From contig NC_043001.1 in assembly GCF_006345805.1 (NCBI RefSeq), forward strand, positions 16,120,001 through 16,184,000: a DNA stretch of 64,000 nucleotides, in the 5' to 3' direction. Source of the stretch: Octopus sinensis (Eukaryota). The notes beneath the pieces are model-generated. The model worked only from the letters and a program-made list of their open reading frames with translations, had not been told where the DNA came from and made no database searches. A program made the translations under genes and the position numbers. Below, in pieces: positions 63,028 through 64,000 of the stretch. The stretch's first letter is position 1; each line of letters begins with the position of its first letter.

Positions 63028-63404
63028 CAGTCCACTGGGTTGTCAGATCCTGTAGAACCAACCAATTCATGACAGATGTCAAGCAATGATGATGATGATG
63101 AACAAAATGAAAGCGATAGTATCAAATTGATTTATATTTTTTGTAAAAATCCATATAATGATTGCATAGGATAGAAACCTTGGTTACTTACTAAGTATAT
63201 TTGTTTTCAAAATGTTCACCTGAAACACAAAACTGAAATGTCATGACATTATTATCATCATTTTAGCGCCTATTTTCCCATGCTTGTATAGGTTAGACAA
63301 GAGAATGTTGAGACAGAGTTTTCTGTGGGTAAATGCCAACCCTCACTTATTTCCACATTTTGTAATAATCTCCCAGTCTTTTGAACAACAAACAACCTGT
63401 ATAT

Positions 63405-63724
63405 GGTTACAGAGAGAATTAGAGAGCTGTTCTTCACTCCTGCTCCAGAGTGTCGGCTGCGGGGTCACTCCGAAAAGCTCTACCTGCGACGATTTCATCT
63501 CAATCGAAGGAGAGGAGCTTTCTCCGTCCGGGTTGCGGATCCGTGGAACAAGCTGCCGGACGAGATGGTGAAGATGCCGACGACCGCTTTGTTCAAAGTC
63601 TCCCTTGACCTCAAGTGGCCTGAACTCTTTACATGAACACCACCCTGTACTTAACTCCATGTCCCCCTACATGGCCTTGCTTTTTGCTTTTGAGCCAAAA
63701 AATTAACTAACTAACTAACTAACT
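63405..63724 (+). mobile_element. CR1-like LINE 3' fragment
   Basis: RLRGHSEKL...RRGAFSVRVADPWNKLP...FKVSLD C-terminal signature, short UTR, (CTAA)n tail. Confidence 0.85.
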
Positions 63725-64000
63725 AGTAATAAATGACACCTTCAGTGAGTCATTGCTTACCACCAACAAACACATGAGTACACGCACATACACATGTGTG
63801 CATGTCGGAGTTCTTTCGGTTTCTGTCTACCAAATCCATTCACAAGGTTTTAATCAGCCTGGGATTATGGTATAAAGCATTTACACCTGGTGCCATGCAG
63901 TGTGGCTGAACCCTAAATCATATGGTTAGGAAATAGGCTTCTTAACCACACAGCCAAGACTGTATATCTTCTTTATATATGAAAGTCAAGTTGTGTGTCT

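Overview
Eukaryotic, AT-rich, repeat-dominated genomic DNA. The SINE, LINE and microsatellite repertoire looks molluscan, most like octopus (inference from repeat families, not verified). The only host genes I can support are two intronless tandem effector-type caspase paralogues (30440-31291 and 41435-42286, THG and QACRG motifs). The rest is mobile DNA: a near-complete Penelope-like element with direct terminal repeats carrying minimal hammerhead ribozymes (51738-56446, -), a near-complete RTE LINE with a PHD finger inside its RT (about 56675-60692), a 3'-truncated Tx1/L1-like LINE, CR1-like, Helitron, pogo and piggyBac remnants, several MITEs, at least three tRNA-derived SINE families (one forming tandem arrays), a 20-bp telomere-derived satellite, many microsatellites and a 100-N gap. 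The most novel-looking object is a TSD-flanked palindrome (45869-46395) whose arms each join a tRNA-like Pol III head, (AAT)n and a minimal hammerhead ribozyme. It is a candidate Penelope-mobilised, ribozyme-bearing SINE. All alignments and counts were done by eye and boundaries are approximate.
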